A stretch of DNA of 64,000 nt from Rhodosorus marinus CCMP1338 (taxonomy: Eukaryota; Plantae; Rhodophyta), in assembly GCA_029953675.1 (NCBI GenBank), contig JAMWBK010000003.1:1984001-2048000 (forward strand). The letters run 5' to 3'. This document shows, piece after piece, positions 35,925-47,917 of the stretch (positions within the stretch are counted from its first letter, which is position 1; each line of letters opens with the position of its first letter). Below the pieces are notes generated by a model. It was not told the DNA's origin, searched no databases, and saw nothing but the letters and a program-made list of their open reading frames with translations. A program made the translations under genes and the position numbers.

Positions 35925-36063
35925 AGAGCTTTTGTTGCCCGCTTGATTCAGGGTGGACTTCCTTTGTTCGTCATCTGCGCGCTTTCCAATAAAACCGAGA
36001 TGCCTGTAGAGTCTTCTAGCACCGAGCTGAGCGAAGCGTAGATACGTAGTTGATGCTCAAGTT

Positions 36064-36681
36064 GATGATCCGTTTATTCCGAGGCTAACTACCCTGAGAA
36101 GCCAGAGACAAGACGCTGATGACGCGCGTACACAAACAAAGCAATTGGAGCGCCACAGGGTCAAAGAAAGCTCCGTGAGCAGACTATCTAAACGCCCTGG
36201 GTCGTTGCGAAACAGAGCTCGCAGCCAGCGAGAACCTACGATGCACTATCTATCAAGCCAAAGCACTCAATAATGAGGGGGACGAACCGGTATGTCACGT
36301 CACCGCCGCATCGCGAAAGGTAGGGTTTGACATCGCTGCCGCGTACTGCGAATCTTTAACTTGCCGCATGGACCGAGCTGCAGCTCCTCGACGCCGAGCC
36401 GACGCAGGCAGGTACCTGGTCGCCTGAGGACAAGGGATGGAGAGGTCAATGTACTCACTGCGACGCGCATTGAGGTCAGTCACAACGAGATCCGCCACCC
36501 GCTGTACCGCTGGGGGGTCACTCTCATCAGCAATTTCCGACGCCACCGCCAGAGGGACCTCACGCTCCACTTCTCGGTCCCTACCGAGGGATTGAGAACG
36601 AAGGTAGCGGAAAAGCAAGCGGTTGAGCCGCGTATGGCGTCTGGTCCGGGCCCCTTGAACCTCCGCACAAGACGCCAACAG
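36064..36681 (-). mobile_element. RLE family B, 5'-truncated copy
   Basis: Reverse-complement tail gatgatccgtttatt at 36064; RLE domain on the minus strand, truncated by a GTGAC duplication. Confidence 0.9.
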
Positions 36682-39600
36682 GCCTAGTCCCAAGTGCTCC
36701 GTCGTGGGTCCGTCGAGGCCCGCCCGGAGGCCCTGGTACGTACATTCCCTACTGAGCCTGCCGTTGGCTCTGTTCAACGAACCATATCCCCTCTCCGCTG
36801 GGTCTTGATGACCAACGTGCGGCCCCAGCGCTCCTCGCGCTCTGGGGCCCGCATTCCTGTTCGCGATTTTCGTGACACGATGGCCTCGTGTCTCGGCGCG
36901 TCGCCCCGCGATTTTCTCTACGTTGATTTTTCGTGACCCCCATGCTTGCTTCTTGGTGACAGATACTGCGCATCAAATCCTATCTACTTTGTTGAAAACG
37001 CCTCCTGCGCAGAGACCTGTTTTAGCGAATAAGGTTTTGACACGCGCCCGTGTTTCTTTAATGCTTGATTTTGATCGTTGCTCTGCGGAATCCCTCGCCC
37101 CTTCGGATCTCCTTGGCGCTCGCGCAGAGGACATTCTGACCTTGGCGGTTTCGGCTCATTTTGAAGGGCTGGCTTTCAAGGGTTCAGAAAAACCTGCTAG
37201 ATCGGCTCCCAAATAGGGGTTTCCTCCATGCTGCGGTCCAAGATTTCCTCGCCTCGGAAACTTCGCTTTTGGAGAATCATCCTGACTTTGCTCGGGTGTT
37301 TCCCGCTGGGCGTCTTTCTGTCGGTGCGGAGCATTGTGACGACGTTGGGGAACTACCCTCTATGGATGTAAATGTCGATCCAGAGGTGGACCCGCTCGCC
37401 ATTGAGCCGAGCACCCCTTCGCCCTTTGGCGTCCGGGGGAGGGTCTCCGGCTCCTTAGGGGCTATCTATGCATCCCTCTCCTCTTTGCGTGCCCCTCCGT
37501 TCAAGCGCCCCTTCTTGGCGCCAGCTGGGGGGGAAAGTCTTATGATTCGCATCCCGTAGACGCTTCCTCCGTGGTGAGGGAGCAGGATGTCTGAGTCTTT
37601 TAGGGAACATTGCGAGCTTCCTGCTTTCTTTCCGAGCCCAGGTAGCTTTGAGGACTGGCGCTCTCGCCTTTTCTCTTGGTTCGAAGGTTTTGTTGGGCGT
37701 TTTCCTTCTGGGGATATCCCTCTTTGCCCTCGTTCGCCCCCAGTCTCTCTCCCTCATCGTTTGCGCAGGAGGGTTTCTTTTCTTTTGGATTTCCTGCTTA
37801 TGGAGGTGGCCGACCATCCTCAAGCAGCACTTGCTTGGCAGCTTTTGTTTGTTTTCCCTCGGCTAGTGCTCACGGTCTCCCAGGGACGCGATGCATGTCG
37901 AATTAGACGCAAAGTTCAGTCTTTTCTGGCGGGGGACTTTGCTTTCTTAGAATCTTTATACCTCGCTAGTGTCTCTTCTTCCTCTTCGTGCGGGACTTCA
38001 CCTTCTTCTCGTTCCCGTAGGCAGGTACGGGCAAAGGCAGCAGTGGCACAGAGGATATTCGGCGTGGGGCGGCCATCCCTCAGCAAGGCGCTTCAGTCGA
38101 GCCGTATTGGACTGACCTGGCTGATCCAGTCGCCGCGTTGTTCCCTGCGCGCGACGTGAGTTGGAACTCTGAGTTCCAGCGTGTCTTAGATCCTTTTGTC
38201 GATTCCTCACGCGGTAGGGTTCGGTTGCTCGTTCGGCCGGATGAGGTTCTGGCTCTGCTTAGGTCCGCCCCGAAATGTCGTGCACCTGGTCCCTCAGGAC
38301 TCCGGGTCGAACTTTTTCACTGGTTGGGTGAAGAAGGGCTGGACGCCCTTGCGCGGGTACTGGAGGGTCTTCTCAATGGGGACAATTTTTGCGCAGAGGC
38401 CTGGGCACTATTGTCGCGCTCCCAACTGGTCCTCTTGCCCAAGCCTGGACATTCCGAACAGACACCTTCCCTTTGGCCAATCGGGATGTGCGAAGCATTG
38501 CGGAATCTGGCGAGCCGTTTTCTATCGCGCCAGCTCACTAGGGAGGCCAGGGGTTTTTTTAGGTTGACCCAGGTCGGTGTCGGCTATTCAGGTGGCTGTG
38601 AACTGGTGACGCGTATCCTGAAGCTGGACGGTCTCCGCGATGAGCCCTTGGGCACGCTTTCTGGGGATTTCGCAAACGCGTTTAACAGTGTGTCTCGAGC
38701 ACACGCGCTTGAGGTAGTTCGTCAGCTTTTCCCCTCTGGCTTTCCGTTCTTACGCCGCGTATATGGTGAAGCGCCGAACGGGCCCCGATTTGTCACCTTG
38801 GGTGCCGAGAGCCACACCTTTGCGGCTCATACGGGTGTGCAGCAGGGTGATCCCTTAGGGCCGTTCCTGCACGCCTGTAGATTGCAACTGGAGCTTTTGC
38901 GGCTGAAACATCAGTTCCCGCGGGTCCGTGCGGTCGCCTTCCATGACGATGTGACGCTTCTTGGCGCTCCCGACGATCTAGTGCCGGCCTACGATTTTCT
39001 CGGCGAGGTGGCTTCCTTGGTGGGGCTGCGTATCAACCACGCCAAGTGCGACTTCTGGGGGGGGTCTCACTGCACCGCAGACGCGGTTCCATCCAGGTTC
39101 CGAGATATTTGGCGAGCTGAGGGCTTCATTCTGTTCGGTGTCCCTGTAGGCACTCCGATATTTGTTGAACGCAGCCCATCCGCGCTCCTGAGTCATCATG
39201 ATGAGCTCCTCACTGAGCTGTACAGTCTCCCGGAAGGGTACCTCCAGACCGCTCTGCTCATCTTCCGGTTCAGCGCGGGCCAGAGGCTGACCTATTTTTT
39301 GCGGCAGCTACCCTCCGAGTGGGGGTCTTGGCTGGCGCTCCGCGCAGACCGACGAGCGAGGGACGTGCTAGGCACGCTGGTGGGTGCTGAGCTATCTGTT
39401 TTGGGGGATGCAGAAAAGGACGTTCTTCACCGGCAGATAGCGTTGCCCGTGCCGCTGGGCAAGCTGGCTGTGGGATCTTACGGGGGATCCAGCCGGCGGC
39501 TGTGGTGAGTTCGTGGGCCAATGCGCTTAATACATGGTCTACGGAGTGTGATCCGCATGTGAGTGGTTTGTTGAGTGGACTTCGGGTTGGGCGGCTGGAC

Positions 39601-40779
39601 GGGAGGGACTCTCGCTCCACTGCTCGGGAGGGTTTTTGCGGAACTGGTGGCCGCTTTTCAACGATGTACCACCCTGCCGAGTGGTACCCAGGCTCGTTGC
39701 GATTCCTGGGGCGCAGTTCTTGACTCCCTCGGTGGCCAGCGTTCGGGAGTCTCTGCTACAGCACCGTGTGTTGGAAATGGTGTAGAAACTGCCGAGGATA
39801 TTGATGCCGTGGCTGTGCCCTCGAGACCGCCAGAGGGGGGCGTTTCCCGGTCGGGTCCCGCCCCTTCGAGGACCGATGTAATCCAAAAAACCCTTTCGTG
39901 GGACATACATCGGGACTCGTATGCCACCCTTCTGAGTTTACCTTCGTGCTCGGCGTCGACTTTGGCTCGCCTGCGCGGTCTGGGGGGGGAGTCTCAGCTC
40001 CCATTTCTTCACGGTCATACCTGCGTATCGGCGGTTGGCGCTTACCGATCTCGAACTTTGTGTAAGGTTACGACTTTACCTGGGCTTGTCGCAACCCCCT
40101 TGGCCTGTTGAGCGGGATTCTAGATGCGCATTGTGCGGGGCCAATGTACCGTGGGGTGATTATCGTTCGCATCTGTTGACGCCTTGTGCGGAGGTTTAAG
40201 GGGCCCGCACCAGACGCCATACGCGGCTCAACCGCTTGCTCTTCCGCTACCTTCGTTCTCAATCCCTCGGTACGGAGCGAGAAGTGGAGTATGAGGTCCC
40301 TCTGGCGGTGGCATCGGAAATTGCTGATGAGAGTGACACTCCAGCGGTACAGCGGGTGGCGGATCTCGTTGTGACTGACCTCAATGCGCGTCGCAGTGAG
40401 TACATTGACCTCTCCATCCCTTGTCCTCAGGCGACCAGGTACCTGCCTGCGTCGGCTCGGCGTCGAGGAGCTGCAGCTCGGTGCATGCGGCAAGTGAAAA
40501 ATTCGCAGTACGCGGCAGCGATGTCAAACCCTACCATTCGCGATTCGGTGGTGACAAACCGGTTCGTCCCCCTCATTATTGAGTGCTTTGGCTTGACAGA
40601 TAGTGTAAGTTCTCGCTGTCTGCGAGCTCTGTTTCGCAACGACCCAGGGCGTTTAGATAGTCTGCTCACGGAGCTTTCTTTGACACTGTGGCGCTCCAAT
40701 TCTGCTTTGTTTGTGTACGCGCGTCATCAGCGTCTTGTCTCTGGCTTCTCAGGGTAGTTAGCCTCTGAATAAACGGATC
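36682..40779 (+). mobile_element. Near-full-length CRE-like RT+RLE non-LTR retrotransposon, frameshifted
   Basis: Consecutive ORF pieces 36872-37216, 37161-37559, 37587-38159, 38138-39508 (RT: APGPSGLR, LVLLPK, IGMCEALR, QVGVGYSGGCE, DFANAFN, GVQQGDPLGP, FHDD), 39575-40111 and 40236-40757 (RLE). Stop TAG, then a ~20-nt UTR and aataaacggatc. Confidence 0.92.
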
Positions 40780-43700
40780 AAATAGGTGCGCACCATAAAT
40801 CACCCCACGGGACACTGGCCCCGCACAATGCGCATCTAGAATCCCGCTCAACAGGCCAAGGGGGTTGCGGCAAGCCCAGGTAAAGTCGTAAGCTTCCACG
40901 AAGTTCGCTTTCTTTTCTTTTGGTTTCCTGCTTATGGAGGTGGCCGAACATCCTTAAGCAGTACTTGCTTGGAAGCTTTTGTTTGTTTTTGCTCGGCTAG
41001 TGCTCACGGTCTCCCGGGGGCGCGATCATGTCGAATTAGACTCAAAGTTCAGTCTTTTCTGGCGGGGGACTTTGCTTTCTTAGAATCTTTATACCTCGCT
41101 AGTGTCTCGTCTTCCTCTTCGTGCGGGACTTCACCTTCTTCTCGTTCCCGTAGCAGGTACGGGCAAAGGCAGCAGTGGCACAGGGGGATATTCGGCGTGG
41201 GGCGGCCATCCTCCAGCAAGGCGCTTCAGTCGAGCCGTATTGGACTGACCTGGCTGATCCAGTCGCCGCGTTGTTCCCTGCGCGCGACGTGAGTTGGAAC
41301 TCTGGGTTCCAGCGTGTCTTGGATCCTTTTGTCGATTCCTCACGCGGTAGGAGTCGGTTGCTTGTCCGGCCGGATGAGGTTCTGGCTCTGCTCCGCTCCG
41401 CCCCGAAATGTCATGCACCTGGTCCCTCAAGACTCAGGACTCCGGGTCGAACTTTTTCACTGGTTGGGTGAAGAAGGGCTGGACGCCCTTGCGCGGGTAC
41501 TGGAGGGTCTTCTCAATGGGGACGATTTTTGCGCAGAGGCCTGGGCACAATATTGTCGCGCTCCCAACTGGTCCTCTGGCCCAAGCCTGGACATTCACAC
41601 CAGACACCTTCCCTTCGGCCAATCGGGATGTGCGAAGTTTTGCGGAAGCTGGCGAGCCGTTTTCTATCGCGCCAGCTCACTAGGGAGGCCAGGATTTTTT
41701 TCGGGTTGACCCAGGTCGGTGTCGGCTATTCAGGTGGCTGGGAGCTGGTGACGCGTATCCTGCAGCTGGATGGTCTCCGCGATGAGCCCTTGGGCACGCT
41801 TTCTGTGGATTTCGCCAACGCGTTGAACAGTGTGTCTCTAGCACACGCTCTTGAGGTAGTTCGTCAGCTTTTCCCCTCTGGCTTTCCGTTCTTACGCTGC
41901 GTATATGGTGAAGCGCCGAATGGGCCCCGGTTTGTCACCTTGGGTGCCTAGGGCTCTACCGCAAAGGTGTGGCTACACCTTTGCGGCTCATACGGGTGGG
42001 TGTGCAGCAAGGGTGATCCCTTAGGGCCGTTCCTGCACGCCTGTGGATTGCAACTGGTGCTGTTGCGGATGAAACATCAGTTCCCGCGGCGGGTCCGTGT
42101 AGTCGCCTTCCATGTCGATGTGACGCTTCTTGTCCCGTTAGGGAACATTGCGAGCTTCCTGCTTTCTTTCGGAGTCCAGGTAGCTTCCAGGACTGGCGTT
42201 CTCGCCTTTTCTCTTGGTTCGAAAGTTTTGTTGGGCGCTTTCCTTCTGGGGATATCCCTCTTTGCCCTCGTTCTCCCCTAGTCTCTCTCCCTCATCGTTT
42301 GCCCAGGAGGGTTTCTTTTCTTTTGGATTTCCTGCTTATGGAGGTGGCCGACCATCCTCAAGCAGCACTTGCTTGCAACCTTTTGTTTGTTTTTCCTCGG
42401 CTAGTGCTCACGGTCTCCCAGGGGCGCGATGCATGTCGAATTAGACGCAAAGTTCAGTCTTATCTGGCGGGGGACTTTGCTTTTCTTAGAATCTTTATAC
42501 CTCGCTAGTGTCTCTTCTTCATCTTTGGTCCGTCTATTCAGAGGCTAACTGCCCTGAGAAGCCAGAGACAAGACGCTGATGACGCGCGTACGCAAACAAA
42601 GCAGAATTCGAGCGCCACAGGGTCAAAGAAAGCTCCGTGAGCAGACTATCTAAACGCCCTGGGTCGTTGCGAAACAGAGCTCGCAGACAGCGAGAACCTA
42701 CACTATCTATCAAACCAAAGCACTCAATAATGAGGGGGACGAACCGGTATGTCACGTCACCGCCGCATCGCGAAAGGTAGGGTTTGACATCGCTGCCGCG
42801 TACTGCGAATCTTTAACTTGCCGCATGGACCGAGCTGCAGCTCCTCGACGCCGAGCCGACGCAGGCAGGTACCTGGTCGCCTGAGGACAAGGGATGGAGA
42901 GGTCAATGTACTCACTGCGACGCGCATTGAGGTCAGTCACAACGAGATCCGCCACCCGCTGTACCGCTGGAGCGTCACTCTCATCAGCAATTTCCGATGC
43001 CACCGCCAGAGGGACCTCATACTCCACTTCTCGCTCCGTACCGAGGGATTGAGAGCGAAGGTAGCGGAAGAGCAAGCGGTTGAGCCGCGTATGGCGTCTG
43101 GTGCGGGCCCCTTAAACCTCCGCACAAGGCGTCAACAGATGCGCACCATAATCACCCCACGGCACATTGGCCCCGCACAGTGCGCATCTAGAATCCCGCT
43201 CAACAGGCCAAGGGGGTTGCGACAAGCCCAGGTAAAGTCGTAAGCTTACACGAAGTTCGACATCGGTAAGCGCCCACCGCCGATACGCAGGTATGACCGT
43301 GAAGAAATGGGAGCTGAGACTCCCCCCAAACTGCGCAGGCGAGCCAAAGTCGACGCCGAGCGCGAAGGTAAACTCAGAAGGGTGGCATACGAGTCCTCCT
43401 CTTCGTGCGGGACTTCACCTTCTTCTCGTTCCCGTAGGCAGGTACGGGCAAAGGCAGCAGTGGCACAGAGGATATTCGGCATGGGGCGGCCATCCTCCAG
43501 CAAGGCGCTTCAGTCGAGCCGTATTGGACTGACGTGGCTGATCCAGTCACCGCGTTGTTCCCTGCGCGCGACGTGAGTTGGAACTCTGAGTTCCAGCGTG
43601 TCTTAGATCCTTTTGTCGATTCCTCACGCGGTAGGGGTCGGTTGCTCGTTTGGCCGGATGAGGTTCTGGCTCTGCTCCGCTCCGCCCCGAATGGTCATGC

Positions 43701-46700
43701 ACCTGGTCCCTCAGGACTCCGGGTCGAACTTTTTCACTGGTTGGGTGAAGAAGGGCTGGACGCCCTTGCGCGGGTACTGGAGGGTCTTCTCAATGGGGAC
43801 AATTTTTGCGCAGAGGCCTGGGCACTATTGTCGCGCTCCCAACTGGTCCTCTTGCCCAAGCCTGGACATTCCGAACAGACACCTTCCCTTTGGCCAATCG
43901 GGATGTGCGAAGCATTGCGGAATCTTGCGAGCCGTTTTCTATCGCGTCAGCTCACTAGGGAGGCCAGGGTTTTTTTCGGGTTGACCCAGGTCGGTGTCGG
44001 CTATTCAGGTGACTGTGAACTGGTGACGCGTATTCTGCAGTTGGACGGTCTCCGCGATGAGCCCTTGGGCACGCTTTCTGTGGATTTCGCCAACGCGTTT
44101 AACAGTCTGTCTCGAGCACACGCGCTTGAGGTAGTTCGTCAGCTTTTCCCCTCTGGCTTTCCGTTCTTACGCCGCGTATATGGTGAAGCGCCGAACGGGC
44201 CCCGATTTGTCACCTTGGGTGCCGAGAGCCACACCTTTCCGGCTCATACGGGTGTGCAGCAGGGTGATCCCTTAGGGCCGTTCCTGCACGCCTGTGGATT
44301 GCAACTGGAGCTTTTGCGGCTGAAACATCAGTTGATGATGATGACGATGATCATTATCCGTCTATTCAGAGGCTAACTACCTAGAGAAGCCAGAGACAAG
44401 ACGCTGATGACGGACGTAAACAAACGGAGCAGAATTGGAGCGCCACAGGGTCAAAGAAAGCTCCGTGAGCAGACTATCTAAACGCCCTGGGTCGTTGCGA
44501 AACAAAGCTCGCAGACAGCGAGAACCTACACTATCTATCAAACCAAAGCACTCAATAATGAGGGGGACGAACCGGTATGTCACCGCCGAATCGCGAAAGG
44601 TAGGGTTTGAGATCGCTGCCGCGTACTGCGAATTTTTCACTTGCCGCATGCACCGAGCTGCAGCTCCTCGACGCCGAGCCGACGCAGGCAGGTACCTGGT
44701 CGCCTGAGGACAAGGGATGGAGGGAGAGGTCAATGTACTCACTGCGACGCGCATTGAGCTCAGTAACAACGAGATCCGCCACCCGCTGTACCGCTGTAGC
44801 GTCACTCTCATCAGCAATTTCCGATGCCACCGCCAGAGGGACCTCATACTCCACTTCTCGGTCAGTACCGAGCGATTGAGAACGAAGCTAGCGGAAGAGC
44901 AAGCGGTTGAGCCGCGTATGGCGTCTGGTCCGCCCCCTTGAACCTCCGCACAAGACGCCAAGAGATGCGAACGATAATCACCCCACGGCACATTGGTCCC
45001 GCACAATGCGCATCTAGAATCCCGCTCAACAGGCCAAGGGGGTTGCGACAAGCCCAGGTAAAGTCGTAACCTTACACGAAGTTCGAGATCGGTAAGCGCC
45101 AACCGCCGATACGCAGGTATGACCGTGAAGAAATGGGAGCTGAGACTCCCCCCCAAACCGCGCAGGCGAGCCAAAGTCGACGCCGAGCGCGAAGGTAAAC
45201 TCAGAAGGGTGGCATACGAGTCCCGATGTATGTCCCACGAAAGGGTTTTTTGGATTACATCGGTCCTCGAAGGGGCGGGACCCGACCGGGGAACGCCCTC
45301 CTCTGGCGGTCTCGACGGCACAGCCACGGCGTCAATATCCTCGGCAGTTTCTACACCATTTCCAACACACGGTGCTGTAGCAGAGACTCCCGAACGCTGG
45401 CCACCGAGGGAGTCAAGAACTGCGGCCCAGGAAGGGTTTTTTGGATTACATCGGTCCTCGAAGGGGCGGGACCCGACCGGGAAACGCCCCCCTCTGGCGG
45501 TCTCGAGGGCACAGCCACGGCGTCAATATCCTCGGCAGTTTCTACACCATTTCCAACACACGGTGCTGTAGCAGAGACTCCCGAACGCTGGCCACCGAGG
45601 GAGTCAAGAACTGCCACCCAGGAATCGCACCGAGCCTGGGTACCAATCGGCAGAGTGGTACATTGTTGAAAAGCGGCCTCCAGTTCCGAAAAAAAACCCC
45701 CGAGCCGTGGGGCGAGAGTCCCGTCCAGCCGCCCAACCCGAAGACCACTCAACCACTCACATGCAGATCACACTCCGTAGACCATGTACTAAGCGCATTG
45801 GCCCACGAACTCACCACAGCCGCCGGCTGGATCGCCGCGTAAGATCCCACAGCCAGCCCGCCCAGCCGCACGGCAACGCGATCTGCGGGTGAAGAACGTC
45901 CTTTTCTGCATCCCCCAAAACAGATAGCTCAGCATCCATCAGCGTGCCTAGCACGTCCCTCGCTCGTCGACCTGCGCGGAGCGCCAGCCAAGACCCCCAC
46001 TCGGAGGGTAGCTGCCGCAAAAAATAGGTCAACCTCTAGCATCAGTTCCCGCGGGTCCGTGCGGTCGCCTTCCACGACGATGTGACGCTTCTTGGCACTC
46101 CCGACTATCTGGTGCCGGCCTACGATTTTCTTGGCGAGGTGGCTTCCTTGGTGGGGCTGCGTATCAACCATGCCAAGTCAGATATCTTGGGCGGGTCTCA
46201 AAAAAATGCACCGCGGACGCGGTTCCATCCAGGTTCCGAGGTATTTGGCGAGCTGAGGGCTTCCTTCTGTTCGGTGTCCCCGTAGGCACTCCGATATTTG
46301 TTGAACGCAGCCTCTCCGCGTTCCTGAGTCATCACGATGAACCCTTGACTGAGCTGTGCAGTCTCCCAGAAGGGTACCTCCAGACCGCTCTGCTCATCTT
46401 CTGGTTCAGCGCGGGCCAGAGGCTGACCTATTTCTTGCGCAGCTACCCTCCGAGAGTGCGGCGGGTCTTGGCCCTGCGCTCCGCGCTGACCGACGAGCGA
46501 GGGACGTGCTAGGCACGCTGATGGATGCTGAGCTATCTGTTTTGGGGGATGCAGAAAAGGACGTTCTTCACCCGCAGATCGCGTTGCCCGTGCGGTTGGG
46601 CGGGCTGGCTGTGGGATCTTACGGGGCGATCCAGCCGGTGGCTGTGGTGAGTTCGTGGGCCAATGCGCTGAATACATGGTCTAGGGAGTGTGATCCGCAT

Positions 46701-47917
46701 GTGAGTGGTTTGTTGAGTGGACTTCGGGTTTGGCGGCTGGACGGGACTCTCGCCCCACAGCTCGAAGGGGTTTTCTCGGAACTGGAGGCCGCTTTCCAAC
46801 AATGTACCACCCTGCCGAGTGGTACCCAGGCTCGGTGCGATTCCTGGGCGGCAGTTCTTGACTCCCTCGGTGGCCAGCGTTCGGGAGTCTCTGCTGCAGC
46901 ACCGTGCGTTGGATATGGTGTAGAAACTGCCGAGTATATTGACGCCGTGGCTGTGCCGTCGACACCGCCAGAGGAGGGCGTTTCCTGGTCGGGTCCCGCC
47001 CCTTCGAGGACCGATGTAATCCAAAAAACCCTTTCGTGGGACACACATCGGGACTCGTATGCCACCCTACTGAGTTTACCTTCGTGCTCGGCGTCGACTT
47101 TGGCTCGCCTGCGCGGTTTGGGGGGAGTCTCAGCTCCCATTTCTTCACGGTCATACCTGCGTATCGGCGGTTGGCGCTTACCGATCTCGAACTTCGTGTA
47201 AGGTTACGACTTTACCTGGGCTTGTCGCAACCCCCTTGGCCTGTTGAGCGGGATTCTAGATGCGCATTGTGCGGGACCAATGTGCCGTGGGGTGATTATC
47301 GTTCGCATCTCTTGGCGTCTTGTGCGGAGGTTCAAGGGGGCGGACCAGACGCCATACGCGGCTCAACCGCTTGCTCTTCCGCTAGCTTCGTTCTCAATCG
47401 CTCGGTACTGACCGAGAAGTGGAGTATGAGGTCCCTCTGGCGGTGGCATCGGAAATTGCTGATGAGAGTGACGCTACAGCGGTACAGCGGGTGGCGGATC
47501 TCGTTGTTACTGAGCTCAATGCGCGTCGCAGTGAGTACATTGACCTCTCCCTCCATCCCTTGTCCTCAGGCGACCAGGTACCTGCCTGCGTCGGCTCGGC
47601 GTCGAGGAGCTGCAGCTCGGTGCATGCGGCAAGTGAAAAATTCGCAGTACGCGGCAGCGATCTCAAACCCTACCTTTCGCGATTCGGCGGTGACATACCG
47701 GTTCGTCCCCCTCATTATTGAGTGCTTTGGTTTGATAGATAGTGTAGGTTCTCGCTGTCTGCGAGCTTTGTTTCGCAACGACCCAGGGCGTTTAGATAGT
47801 CTGCTCACGGAGCTTTCTTTGACCCTGTGGCGCTCCAATTCTGCTTTGTTTGTGGACGTCATCAGCGTCTTGCCTCTCGCTTCTCAGGGTAGTTAGCCTC
47901 TGAATAAACGGATCATC
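40780..47917. mobile_element. Nest of family-B RLE copies: plus-strand host(s) with antisense inserts at 42521-43396 and 44334-46039
   Basis: Host RT is interrupted at catcagtt (44326-44333) and resumes at catcagtt (46040-46047), an 8-bp TSD. Host N-terminal region is interrupted at 42520 and resumes at about 43397. Ends in ggatcatc at 47917. Confidence 0.88.

Noticed and set aside
36064-40779. Twin-priming inversion product
   Set aside because: Both orientations contain the same 3' region and their own tails, so two separate insertions fit better than one RNA primed twice.
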